DNA of 64,000 nucleotides, taken from assembly GCF_009914755.1 (NCBI RefSeq), contig NC_060926.1; one strand, written 5' to 3'. The position numbers and the translations under genes were made by a program. The notes under the pieces are model-generated. The model was not told the DNA's origin, made no database searches, and was given only the letters and a program-made list of their open reading frames with translations. Below are positions 40,469-56,977 of this stretch, piece after piece (within the stretch, counting starts at the first letter, position 1; the number at the start of each line of letters is the position of its first letter). This DNA is from the human T2T-CHM13v2.0 reference genome, Homo sapiens.

Positions 40469-42714
40469 TAAGCCATCTAATTCAGCGTCTCCCAAGCGTG
40501 CCCAGTCATGGAGATCATCAAGGTGTGCATTATTAAAAAGATGCCCAGGCTCCTTTCTTGGTGATTCTAATTCAGTGTGTATTTTTATTTTAATAGAAAG
40601 GGAAAAAGAAATGGATGTGAGTAGCGTGTGCAGGTATGCCCATCTGTGGACGGAGGGGAACAGTGATACATAAGCCCTGCTATGAGAAGACCAGGTGCCC
40701 ATGGTCATGTGTGGAGGCTTTTCTGTCATGGAAACTTCTAGAGGGAAAAGAGAGTCAATTTTGTAAATGTTTATAAGCAACTTGTAGTAAATTTGGGGAC
40801 ACTCAACATTTAAATAACAATTCTAGCTTTGACCTTTTTCAGCATTATTGATTTCGGCTTCATCTCTCACAGAAGCATCCTCAACACATCCCTGGTTTCC
40901 CCTGATAGATTAAAAGAAGCTTATTTTTCAAAAATGTAGCTGAGATAGAAAGGCTTAAGGAGAACAGGGGTTCCTTCAACCATGGAGAAGGCTGTTTTAA
41001 GAGTAAATTAGATCAGCGAAAGCTTTCTGTACTTGCTTGTACAATCCCTTTCAGTCCCTCCTTCTCTCATGCTTTTCAGTGAATATTAAGTCTGAAATCT
41101 GGAAGAAAAGAGCCTTTCTACCTTCCAGGCAACTATCTCTCTCTGAGTCCTCATGAATCCTAGGAACTTTTATACTTTTATTCATGAATGAATCCTTACC
41201 TCCTCTGCCAACTGCTTCATCAAAGAACCATGACTCACCCTAAGTTATGCAAAAATCAAAGACACATAGTTGGAATCTATATTTCTTAACATGTCTCTCT
41301 TCTTTTATTCCAATTTATTTCTAATGGAATGCCTTTTACAACAACTAAAATAACCTTTTAGATATGCAATTATAGTGCAGACTTTGGGGACACTGGAGAA
41401 CCAGAAAGAATAAAGGTAGGGTTGGGGAGAAGCATTTAAAAAGAGAAAGAGAGCTAGAGAGGGGGCTTTATTTACAAGGCAATCGAAAGGTAGTTTTTAG
41501 GTTTAGCAATTGTGATCTGTTTGTGGTTCAGGTTTGGGACTTGGCACTTTGTAAGAAGAAGAATGACCACCCAGTGGCTTTAGTTACCACTCTCTAGTCC
41601 AGGATTGCCTATGGGATCATGGGTGTAAAGGAAGCTTGACACTGGGTTTGGGCCAAGGTGGCCAGTGGAGGTGGCCACAGTCCCTGACATTCTTGTGGCT
41701 TCTCTCACAGGGAAGGAGAAGAAATCCTAGAAGAAGTAGAAAGGCTGCTGGGTAAGCAGAGAGGAGGAAGCTGACTTCATTTCTTTCATCCCACCCAGGC
41801 AGTGACACAAAACCTGTGGCTCCTTTAATTCCTTCATCTGGTCTGGCAAGTATGAAATGTCCCTAGCAATTGGCATTCTTAAGTCCCCTTAAGAGTCCCT
41901 GATGGCAGGTGTTTGCTATTTTAAATCATAAAAATAATAGTTGAAGGAATTAATCAATGAATAAACCAATATTTGTTTAGCATCTTGCAATGGTGGGCCA
42001 ACAAAGCATAAAACATGGCCCCAAAATAGAAGAAGCTTGTTTCTACAATGATTATGAATAGGCTCAGTTCATCTTTTTTGGGAAGTTGCTTAATTTCCTT
42101 GAGCCTTAGTTTTATTTGCTGTAAATGGAAATTAATAGTATTTACTTCATAGGCTGCTATAAGTATTTATTGTGTACAATAATTATAATATGTTTGCAGC
42201 AAAAAGAAATCAATAACTAATAGTGAAACAACAGTCTCTTTGGGGAAACCAGAAACACCTATACAAAACAATTTGCAAACAAAGAGAGTATTGGATGTTT
42301 ATAGACTGAGGAAACAGAGTATGGTTGAACAACTTCCAGGTATTACCTGATCAGGTGGGACACTGGAGTTTTATTTTGTGGTCTAGACAGTTTTACAGAG
42401 TTGAGAGAGGAAGAGAACAGAGTGGGCTGATGTTTTCTGAGAAGTCTTCATGAGGAAGGTGATTCGTGAATCAGAGGCCCAGGAATACCACTCATGTTCT
42501 CTAGCTGTGTCTGCACTGTGCAAGGCAGACTGAAGGGTAGGTAAGGCTAAATAAGTGGGCTCTGATCCTTTGCCTCTCTGCTCTGCCACCATCTCTCTCA
42601 CTAGCCCTTCACCCTTACACTCAATGCACTTGTCTGTACATACATGTATCACTTCCTCATCTCCTTTTCACTAATTTTACTCTCACCTCTTTTTTCTAGG
42701 TATTTTTACAAAAT

Positions 42715-46048
<3,334 letters not shown>

Positions 46049-47080
46049 TTTCCTAGACCTTTTAATACACTCCCAGGGCTTGAAGACTACTCCTGCATGC
46101 CAACAACTCCTGGTTTTTGGAGTTTGGAAAGATGGTCCACATCTTTCCTCCAAACTCCAGACCCTTGTGTCCACATGCGTTTCCTCTTGGATGTTTATAA
46201 GTTTCAAAAAACTCAACATCTGAAAACTGAAGTTTGTACTTTTCTCTCCACACATGTGCCTCCGTCATTTTTGCCTGTTTTGGTGAATGGCTCTGTCTAC
46301 CCAGTTGGTCAAGCTAAAAATATCTTCTCCTCTTTCCCACCTGTATCCAACCCATCACTAATCCTGCCCATTGTCTCTTGTACATATCTGCAAGTCATTC
46401 ACTTTTCTCTATGCCTCACTCTGTATTCAGGACTACCCTCCCTTTCCTTGTGGTGCTGCAAAGGTCTGGGGTTCCCATACCCATCCCTACCCTACCTCCA
46501 ACTGACTTGCAGTTCCATCCTTAAACTCTACATCAGCTTTCCTTGGCTTTGAAGATAAGGATTATGATCCTAAATATTCCTGATCAGTCCTCTGCCTGTC
46601 CTTTCCCCTGGCCTTCTCTCCAGCCAGTCTCCTCTTTTCTTTCAGACTCAGATGCATGTTTTCCCTGATTTCCTAAAAAATATCCTACCTCTTTCCCTTC
46701 AGGTCCTTCATATGCTGTTCCCACTCCCAGAAAGGGTCTTGCTACTTGTCACTTCTACTCATCTTTCACACTTGAGTTCAAATGCCACCTCCTGGGGGAA
46801 GGCTCCCCTGAGCCCCTGGCCTAGCTCAGGTCCCTACTTGCAAGAGCTCCTGCAAGCCTGTACCCCTCTGTCATGTATCACTATGGCAATGACATAATTA
46901 TACATATAATTGTAATGTAGTATATATTTCACTCTCTAGCATGTGAGCTTCCTGAGGATAGTGACTGTTTCTGCTTGTCCCCTGTTCTATTTTCACCATC
47001 TAGCTAATTTCCCTGCACATAATAGAGGAATTCGTATTGAAATAAGTATTTAATGACTGAATGGATGAATGACTGAATGA
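46049..47080 (+). mobile_element. L2 (L2a-like) 3' portion with (TGAA)n tail
   Basis: aactccagac...cttggatgt...aactcaacat; atgctgttccc; caaatgccacctcct; tgtgagcttcctgagg; gactgaatggatgaatgactgaatgaa. Confidence 0.85.
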
Positions 47081-48204
47081 AGGCAAAGAGATGGGTAATC
47101 CTGGATAGGATGAAGGGTAGGGGTGATCCATGGGGTAAGACCTCACCAAGATGGTAGGGGTGGGGATAGGGGGAGGCATAATGGGATCATGTGGTTGTGG
47201 GAAACACTTTTGTAGATGTCCTTTTTGAATTGGAAATCAATAAACAATTTTCTTTCCCCAATCATGTAGCAGACTATCAATTATAGCAAAACTGGTGGGA
47301 CTTACATTACTCTCATCAAAATCAACCTGTAACCAACTTTAGAAGCATACGGTAAAATAGTTTCAGCACGGAAGATGCAGATGTAACTAAATTCTTATCA
47401 CACTAGCTTCCTGTTTAGAAACAATTAAGTATAGGCATCAAAAGGCACAGGCAAGAGGGGAAAGTTCAATTAGAGGAAGATGTTTTCATAAGCCAATTAG
47501 AAAACAGGGAGATATTTTCACCCTTCCTCTGGAGATTTTGGAAATCCTATTTACACAGCTGTGAAAGGCCAGCTCAAGCTTGGCCGAGTGGGCTAAGGTG
47601 AGTTCTGGGTCCAGTGACCTGGGTGAGGGCTCTGACAGTGACAGTGCTGGAGTCGGGTCTGTGTTCAGAGTGAGCTCCTGCAGGGCAGCAGAATGCATGC
47701 AGACTCAGTCACCCTCATCTTGCCTCAGTTTACCTAAGAATACATTATGTACATGTCTCTCCTCTTAGTGGTTCATTACCCAATTTTACCTATGAATAGA
47801 ATGAAACAACTCCTCTGCTAAGTGCACTGTTGGGGTTTGGTGGGAGTATAGATCAGACACTGCCTTTAGTCCCCCACACCTGTCCTGAAACAGGGCACAG
47901 CATGAAACATCTCTCCAGCTTGCAATGGTTCTGCTTTCAGTTTTCCCATACAGATACCATATGTGGTGAGGCTTTGCCTAGGATCCTGCCTCCCAGGTCC
48001 TAGTGGTAGCTGAACGAAGGGGGTCCACTGGGTCGGTGGTGGAGATGCTGTTCCATCTGGTACATGTCGGGGAGATGGTCTCTTCTCACGGGTACTTTTC
48101 CCTGTGCATCTGGCATGTCACCTGCCAGGGCCACTGTGAAGTCCCCTGCTAAGGGGGAGGAATAGTGGGGAGCCACCTCTCTACATCTCTTCTGGAGGGG
48201 TCAC

Positions 48205-48420
48205 ATCATATAGTGCAGTGGTGTCTGTGGGATCAAATCCCAACTCTGTTCATTACTAGCTGTGTGACTGAACAAGTTCAGTCTCTTCATTTGTGAAATG
48301 GGGATAATAATATGTTACCTCACAGGCCCATTGTGAAAATTAAATGGGTAAAGATAGGTAAAGGCATTTAGAACAATGTCCAGCATATAGTAAGTGCTAT
48401 AAACGTGGTAGCTGTTGTTA
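48205..48420 (+). mobile_element. MIR SINE
   Basis: tcaaatcccaactct...actagctgtgtgac...tgtgaaatggggataataa...tagtaagtgct. Confidence 0.85.
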
Positions 48421-48611
48421 TTTGACAGCAATGAGCTGGGTTAGCAGTGAGTATGTTAGCAGTGAGTATGTCTTGTTTTCTATCTCTGGTCAGGGATGCT
48501 ACTGTTTCAGGCCTGCCTGGCACAAAATACATCAGATATCCTTATCATCATCTACTTTCACTCACACATTCGCATGACACTAATTTTGAGTTTTAATTTG
48601 GAAATACTGCC

Positions 48612-48870
48612 CAGTCAACAAAAATTTATTGAATACTTCTTCTGTGTCAGGCACTCTTTTGGACTTTGGGGACCCCACAATGAAAGTTCAGTGTATGTTT
48701 TGATGAAGTTGAGGCTGTAGTGGAAAAAATGGATAGAAACACACACAGCCAGTGAATTTCCATGGGACTGGGGCTGTCACATACAGAGAGGTTTAGGGGC
48801 AGCACAGAGAGAAGTGACCCTCAGGAACGGGGAGTCCAGGTTAATCTCCCCCAGAAGGTGCCATCCTTAC
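48612..48870 (-). mobile_element. L2 fragment
   Basis: tcaacaaaaatttattgaatacttcttctgtgtcaggcact. Confidence 0.7.
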
Positions 48871-49149
48871 GTTGCTGATAATCATACATCTCAGAGCTTC
48901 AAGATCTTCATTATACAACTGTCATTTTATTTCTCTTGTGTATCTAGTGGGTCATTATATCTCTGAACATATATTAAAATAGACGGAATAGATTCAAGCA
49001 GCTTTTACTGGGGCACTGTGCTAAGAGCTTTCATCCACATTAAATCATTTAACCAATCCTCTATGAGGACGTCCAGATTTCTTCAGAAACCAGGATGCCA
49101 GATAGAATAATTTTTTGATGGATGGAGTCCATTACCAGTTTAGGCCATG

Positions 49150-50060
49150 AGCCCAGGTGATTGAAAAAGCATTAATCAGGCTATTGTCCTGGTGTTGCCA
49201 CTCTCTCCAATTTTTAAACCTCCTGCTACTAATGGAGATATTATCTGACTCTCCTGATGATAAAAGAATTATCTCATCAAATCACCACATGATTATCAGG
49301 ATTGCAGCCTTGCTTTTTCACCAGTTCCAGAACATCACTTAATTTTTAAACTACAGCGTTGGCTGGTGTCCTTTGTGTTTTTGTGTATGCTTTGTTTTAC
49401 CTCCAAAGACTTCTGGCCGTATGATTTGTATTTAAAGCTAGATGTCAAGTGTGTGCATGGTGTGTGACAGACAGAGAAGGAGAACCTCGCCTCCCCTTCA
49501 TCTCCTCCTTCACCTGTCTTTACTTCACTCTGAGACCACCAAGTCAAACTCCGTTTGTAAATTTACTTCCCAAATCTGAGCTCTTAGAAGTTCTCACCTA
49601 GTTCAAGCCCTCCCTGGAGATATGGAGAATAAAACAGGGTTGGTGGTGGGCTGTAGGGCTCCCCAGTTCCCTTCTGTGCAGTCCAATAGCAGAGAATGAG
49701 TCAGAATAGGCATGAGGCAGTCTCTCTGGCATGAACTCCAGGCCCATTTTAAATAACGCATCTAAATGTTAATGCACACTTAAGACAACAGTGCAGCTCA
49801 TACTCTTCCCAAATTGATTCATTTTGCAGTGGGCCTGATGCAATTTACTCAGTATAAAAATGTCTCTGGCAATTAGGGGAACAAAGGGGCAAAGCTGGCA
49901 GGCTACAGGGATGACAAACAAAGCAAGATGATGTGAAAGCTGGGGCCAGAATTGAATTTCTTTCCGAATCAGACATTTTTGGGAATGTCAATAGCAAACA
50001 AGAAAGGCCTTCTTTGCCTGCAAGAAAAACTTGAGGATTCTCCATTCAGAAAAAAGAATC
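49150..50060. promoter_or_regulatory. Candidate enhancer island
   Basis: No repeat recognised; CATTAATCA 49170-49178, AP-1 TGAGTCA 49697-49703, C/EBP-ATF TGATGCAAT 49836-49844, SOX-like AACAAAG. Confidence 0.35.
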
Positions 50061-50289
50061 AAATAGTCTAAGAAATGGTTTTAGTGAAATGCTACAGCAG
50101 CTTTCATGGTTCCTAACGGTGTCAACTTTAGGTGGCTGGGGTTCAAACGCAGAATAAAGCTAGCGAAAGGGTGAGCCAGGCTTAAGCCACATCAGCGGGT
50201 GGAGGTTCCAGATCACTGAAGAACAAGTCCCCTGACCCCTTTGCTGGTAAGAATCCCTCTGAACAATATGGCTGTGGCAACTATGCTGT

Positions 50290-50955
50290 AGAAGAGACTA
50301 AAATCACTTAGCCTGGGAAAACAAGTGAAGAAGAGATATAAAAACTATCCTCAAAGGGAAGACAGACTGCCTTGTTAGGAGAAAGTAAGCTTCCTCTGTA
50401 TGACTCTAGAGGACAAATAGAGGATCAACCAGATCATGGTGAAATAGGAGAAGGAACTATCATGTGTTGGGTGCTGATATGATTCTAGGTGCTTTGTATG
50501 CATTATCATAGTACTACTTCATAGGGAAACTGTAGTATTAAATGAAATCATATGTCTTTGTATTAAGAACATGGTAAATACTCTATACACATTGGCTATC
50601 GTTGTTAAAAGCATTATTTTCACAAAGAGCCTACAAGGTAAGCAGGTATTACTATTGCCATTTTGTGTATAAAACACAAGAGGTTTGGAGATATTGAATA
50701 ACTTTTTAGAGACAGTCATTACCTTTCCAAAGTTACAAAGCCAAGGGGATATCAGCAAGTTCTACCTGGGAGCTAAAGCTGCTGTACAATGGGGTGATCT
50801 GTTTTGCAAGGTGGTGAGCATTCTACTGCTGGAGTCAGGCAAGTCAAAGCCAGATGGGCTTTGGAAGAGCCTCTTGCATTGTTTTGGGGTAGGGGATAAA
50901 GAATTTGAATTCAATTACTTTTAAGGTTCATTTCTGGTTCATGATTCCATGATTG
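50290..50955 (+). mobile_element. L3/CR1 3' remnant interrupted by MIR fragments (~50450-50750)
   Basis: ttagcctgggaaaacaag...ctctagaggaca; aaggtggtgagc...ctggag; tttaaggttcatttc...atgattccatgatt tail. Confidence 0.6.
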
Positions 50956-51969
50956 AAATATTTTTCAAGTTCTGCTAGCTAGATTATGCCTTTAACCCAC
51001 AAACAGTCATGTAGGATTGTGAAATTGGAGAGGCAGTCATGGGTGAAGGCCAAGAACTAAGGACCTTGGGTATATGATGAAATACAGGAGTTTTTATTTC
51101 CATCTGATTTCTGGCTTTGCCAACAACCACATTTTCTGGCTCACATCCCACACACAATGTACCTGCTGCCACCACCTCCTGGAACCCTGGAGACTGTCCG
51201 TAAGTTAGACAAGGTGGCAGAGGTTAAACAAGAAAGTTGATAGACAAGTGAGGCTTTTTAGAAATGGAAGTCATCTGGATCTACTGAGAGGATGAGCCAA
51301 TGGTCACTAGGAAGCTCCCAGGGCAGGTGACCAGGCCACTGCGAGAAAGGCTGGAAGACTCCAGATAGGGAAATCACTCTGAGGCCTGCAGGTGAACATC
51401 CAGCAGACTGCCGATTAGAATTTCATGCAGTCACAGAGAAATTTTAGTCCTAAGACAGAGAAACAAAATCATGGAGGGAATATTTAGGAAACAGTTGGAC
51501 AGAATGTAATTGGAATTCATCTTAGATTATCTGAAAAGATAAAACACTCAACAGAAGTCAGTGTGGTTAAGTGGTGATGTAAAGACTAGTAAACTAAGGA
51601 GAAGGAGGAATTGGGGGAAAATTACTAAGTAGAAGTCCTGACTGGAAGAACAGGAAATATGCAGGAAATAGCTCAGGAAATTAGAGGAACTAAAAGGCAC
51701 ACACGGACAGGGCAATCACCAAGCATGGGAACCACCTCATTTCCAAGACTAACATAGGCCAGCATTTGCTCGGCAGTGTAGGATGGTTAAGGCCACAAAT
51801 GGAGATAACCCAGGCTGAAGACAGTCCTTCGATTGGAGGTTGAGTAGAAGGAAGTGAGTCGTTATGAAGAACAGAGATGGAATTTTGGTCAAGAGCATTA
51901 TAGATGCATTCTTAAAACCATGTCGCAAGTTTTCAAAGAGTTTCTGGTCCAATTAATTTGGGAATTTGT

Positions 51970-52470
51970 TCATTTCATAAGCATTTATTGACTGTGAGAC
52001 AAGTACTGTGCTAGGCATTGCAGATACAGTGATAAATAATGCCCATCCCTATTCTTGGGGTACCTGGTTGGTGAGGAAGACATGTGAAAGAACAAATGTG
52101 GCCCAGGGCTGTGAGAACACTCATAGAGATGTGGAACAGGCAGCAAATGGTGGTGCAATCAGCTCTGCTCACAGAAGGTCTGGGGTCTCAAGAAAGGCTT
52201 TGTGGAAAAGGAGCTAAGAGATTCCTTCTTGGAGGAGAAGACCTATTGTTCTTGATGGTCGGGAAGGTGAGGGAAGGCAAAATGGCTTGAACTGGCTTGC
52301 TTCACTTGGGGGCAACTGTGGGTAGTTTGATACAAACGAATCATGGGTCCAGAGAAATGGGGTGAGCCAGGCTCAGGAGGGGTGAGGCTTGATCAGTGGC
52401 TTTGAGTGCCATACTAATAAACAGCTCAGACTTGATCCTGGGTTTCACAGGGATCCCCTAAAGGATTTGA
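51970..52470 (-). mobile_element. L2 fragment
   Basis: taagcatttattgac...actgtgctaggcattgcagatacagtgataaa...ctaaaggattt. Confidence 0.7.
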
Positions 52471-53724
52471 GGCTGAAGATTAACAGCCCGTGATATTCAC
52501 TTGTCAGTTCTCTCATCCGGGTCTTCATTTATTCCAACATGGGGCTTCCTGATGGCCAGGAGAAGTCACTGAGATGATCATTCTAGGACTGCAAGGAACG
52601 TCCCACAGAATGAACAGCACAATGCAAAATACCAATTTGACTGTGGGTTCTCCTTCACACTCCTTTTGGTGAATTGAAAGCCTGGATCACACAGTGGGGC
52701 TAAGAAAAAAGCAGCATGGCCCACAGGTCTTTCCTTAGACTCCCATTATGTGTGCATCATTTGAGCTAAGTTGCCCTATAGGGTGGAGCAAGGTCCTGGA
52801 TCCTCAGGTAACCTGGTGCCCTCAGGTGAGTGATCTGAAGAAACATCTTCAGCTTCTGGCAATGGTAGGTCTCATGCCCTGGGCTCAGCCTGCTCTCAGT
52901 GGCCTCCCCTAGGGACCCTCCCTTTTCTCACCACCACAAGACTTCCCCACTGGCAGGGGGAACACAATCAGTCATTGGAAAGGAGTGGGAACACTCATTC
53001 ACTGAGCTTACTGATGTAAGATTCTCCCAGGAATAGACATTGCACCAAATCTTTGTGTAGACTTTGTGAAGCCCTTTAAATTCAAAATCCCAAGGCTGCT
53101 ATGGCTCTTCACTAAGGCTCTGAACCATAAGAGAATGCATTTCTGTAAAAGCAAGGAGTTTAGCCAGGCATATGTGTGTCGTTCCCTAAATAAAACAAAG
53201 AGGAAAAGGCAAACTTAGAAACAGGCCAAGTAATGAGAAAGAAGGAGGTTTGCTTTGAGGCTGGGCATGAATGCAGAGGGGAACTGGGCTACTAAGTGGG
53301 TCATGGTGTTTCCTCACTCTTGGGCCATCAGCTCCAGTTGCCTGGACAGTTTCCTTATGGCTCAAAGAGCTGGCAATTCCATCACCCGATTCCATCTCCT
53401 CAATGCAGACTTGGTTTTTGAAGGTGAAGGCAACTGGGTTGGAATGGAGCTTCAGAAGACAGGAGAGCGGAGGCCAGCCTTTCTGGATAGGCTCTCTATG
53501 ACCTTCGGCAGTGCCAGACATAAGTCTCAGGACTGCCTGCTCTCTAAAACAGGCCTCTTCTGTGCATCAAAGCCTTATAACTTTGCCATTTATTGCGGAC
53601 AGGAAGGACTGTATGCACACCATAGAAAAATGCAGCTGGGATTTATAAACAATAAATAATGGTTAATAATGATAAATAAATAAGACTGCATCCTTAATTA
53701 TCAGCTGGCAATAGGGTAGTTACC

Positions 53725-53970
53725 ATCCATAGAGTGGTGATTGGGAGCAGGGACAGTGGAGCTGGATTAGCTGGGCTCAGATCCAGTCTACTCCTTACAA
53801 GCTGTGCAACTCTAGGCAGGTTACTTAACCTCACTGAGCCTCAGCTTCCCCACTGTAAAAGTAGTAGTGCTAGGGCCTCCCTCACCAAATGGTGGTACAC
53901 ATAATATTAGATGAGCTGACACATGCAAAGCACTTAGAACAATGCTGAGACCAGAGAGTAAGCATCAAGT
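53725..53970 (+). mobile_element. MIR SINE
   Basis: aggcaggttacttaacctcactgagcctcagcttccccactgtaaaa...aaagcacttagaacaatgc. Confidence 0.88.
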
Positions 53971-56324
53971 GATTCTTCCTCTTTCTCTTCCTCATTATCA
54001 TACAAATTACGGGGAATGAAGGAAGGGACGTGAATTCCTATCTGGGATGCCAGGTCCTGTCCCGTCCCCAGCCAGCAGCCTCATTCTCTCCCTGTCTTTC
54101 ATGTGTTGGCACTTATGAGTCAACAGGGAGAGGACCCTGGGTCCCTGTTGACTGTAGGGAGAGACAAGCTGGTAACTGAATGGTCACAAGGCTACATGGT
54201 CAATGCTATTTGAGAAACCCTAAAAGGGCTTCTCAGAGGAGGGGACATTGCATGTGTAGGGGTTTTTGTAGTGGAAAAGGGGTCAAGGGCAGTCCACAAA
54301 GAACCCCCACCCCATCTCCATGGCTACTCTTCTTGCAAAGTGGGGACTGAAGGGACAACAGGCCATTCCTGGAGTCCTGGCTCATCCACTGAAACCCACT
54401 TGTGCTGGTGTAAAAAATAGTTGTATGCACAGATTGTCCATATAGGTACTTGGAGTTTTCGTTAGGGAAGAAGATACTACCAGAGAGAAAGTGAAAGCGA
54501 GGGGAGAGCCTGCACTCAGAGGGAGGTCTTCTGGGCATTTGCAGCAGGACATTTGCTACAAGAAGAGGTAGTGGTGATTGTGGGGCTTAGGGATGAGGCT
54601 TTGCTGTCTGAGGACTGCTTTTGTGGAGAGGGATGGGCTTTCTTGCTACATAAGCCAGTGGCCACAAACACATGAAAGTGAGCACTCAGAGAGCCAGGAT
54701 AAGGAACCCCGGGCAGGAGGGGGAGGAAGAAACCAAGAGAATCACGTGGCCACAGCTCATCATCTGTGTCCTCAGGCGGTCCTTTGCACACGTGCACTCT
54801 CTGTGTGGAATGTCTTCCTCTCATCATCCACCTGACACCCCTTGCCCCTGCAGAGCCAGCTCAAGTGTCCTTCTCAGGGCTAGCTTGCCTGACAGCCACA
54901 AGCATTCCCATAGCACCCAATGCACAGCACCCAATACACCCCTTTCCTTATGGCCTCATAACTGTGTCTGTCGTCCAACTCCAAACCTTGTTCTGAGCCC
55001 CTGGAAGGCTGAATGAGCTTCCAGAGTCCAACCAGTGCCTGGGACTGAGCATGACTCACAGACATTTGTTGACAGAATGCATACATGAACTATGAGTGAA
55101 TTTCTTGACACCAGTGTTCTATCACTAAAATTCTTGCACCTATTTTTACCATCTCCCTCCCCACTGGGAAACAGTGAGGCTCAGTAAACACTTCTGAGAT
55201 GAGAAGTGTCTGTTTCTATGCATTTTGACTTCTCTTTGTATACAATATATATTTATCATTATGGGATTGGCCAAGATGCCATTCTGACAAGCACGGGGTT
55301 ACAGGTATTCACAGTTCTCTCATCGTCCTGGTGTTCAATCCATCAAACATCCAGGGCAGAGTGAGAAAGCAAAAGCAGCAGCTCAAAAGAGCCTCACTAC
55401 AAGCCTTCAGCTGTCAAATCTCGAAGGTCAGAACTGGCAGAAGCTGAAGGTCTTTTTTTTTTTTTTTTTTTTTTTGATGCCCATCAATGAAAGCAATCGT
55501 GAGTAAAAGTTGTACCTGCCAGGAAAGGAATTGTCCTTTGTACTTCATGACAACCTTCACAGTTGAGGTGCATTTTGACAGCTGCTTCCTGAGCCCCAGG
55601 GAGGGTTGCACATTTATTCCTGGGTGTGGGTGGAGGGCAGGGAGAAAATACTTTTCATCTTTTCATCGATTGGAGACTCTTCTGTGATCTTGAACGGGGC
55701 TTTAATTTTTAGACCCAGAGCTTAGGCTTTAGAAGAGGTGCATCCTAGAACTAGCTTCAATTGATATGTTATCCATCCACCTAATATAGAACCCCTACTA
55801 TGTGCTAGGCAGTGTGCCAGACATTGCTAGCATAAAAAGGTGTGCAACCCAAAGTCTCCATCTTCAAGACTTGTGGGCCAGAATTAGATGACTAAATTTC
55901 AGAGGAGTCCTCCTGAGAAGAGCTTTTCCTGACTGGATAAGAACAGCTCTTAGTTTCCTCGGAGCCAGGCGTGACGCCAAGGTTCAACTGCAAGGCTTTC
56001 TTGGGAAAACAACACAAGAAAAGAAATGGACCCAGAAGATCTGTTTCCCTGTGTTACCCATGACTATAAGCAAATTATGGAAGCTCTCTGAGATTCGGTT
56101 TACTCTTCTATAAAGGAGGTGAATAATATGAATGGTACAGATCATAGTAAAGGTGAAATGAGTTGATAGAGGTTGACTCACTTGGCAAACTGAACATGCA
56201 CTGTACAGATATTTACCATGAATATTAACAACATAGTATCTGTTTCATGAGAACAAAAAGGAGGGCTGTGGCTCTGTTGTTAACCTGGGACCTAGATGAG
56301 AGTCAATATGTGAAGTACAAAGAG

Positions 56325-56588
56325 AATGGATGGATGGGTGGATGGATGGATCAATGGATGATAGATGGATTAATGGATGAATGGATTGATGGATGGATGG
56401 ATGGATGGATGAATGGATGGATGGTAGATGGATGAGTGGATGGATGGATGGATGGATGAACGGATGGATGGATGGGTAGATGGATGGATGGATAGGTGGG
56501 TAGATGGGATGGATGGATGGATAATGGATAGATGGTTGGTGGATGAATGGATGGATGGATGGTTAGTTAAATGGAAGAATGGGATGGA
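56325..56588 (+). repeat. Compound (GGAT/GAAT/AGAT)n tetranucleotide repeat, ~260 bp
   Basis: Directly visible. Confidence 0.97.
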
Positions 56589-56977
56589 GCTTCCTTCTGG
56601 CTTTAAGAGGTTTGGCTTCTCTAGTCCATCTGTATTCTTCTCATTCCCCTGTGGCTTTGGAAGCCATAGTCCTTCTAGAGACAGAATAACAGATGTGTCA
56701 GGAGTATATCCACCTGTGGAGACCAGTGACATTCATGACCTTGGATACCCTCCAGCTACCTCAGCTCAGGGACTATGTAGGCAGGATTAGGCCAGGGTTG
56801 GAAACCTTGTCACTAGCCTGTCCACCCATAAGTGGGAGAAAAATGGCTCTCCACCTTAAACACAAGTCCCTCCCAAGTCTTTAAGCTTTCTTTTTTACTT
56901 TTCTTCCTAGTGCTTAGTAAATGGTTATATAAAGCTACCCGCTTATGTGATCAACCAATTCAAGCTGAGATGTTAGA

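Noticed and set aside
47559-47597. 39-nt micro-exon (ttacacAG...AAG|GTGAGT); also twin donors at ~52807/52825
   Set aside because: Weak or absent polypyrimidine tract and no coding context; chance-level splice signals
51693-51713. Possible REST/RE1 site (gcacacacggacagggc)
   Set aside because: Only the right half matches; the left TTCAGCACC half and spacing are wrong
56370-56790. W/M/D/G-rich and H/P/S/I-rich ORFs
   Set aside because: Translations of the (GGAT)n repeat
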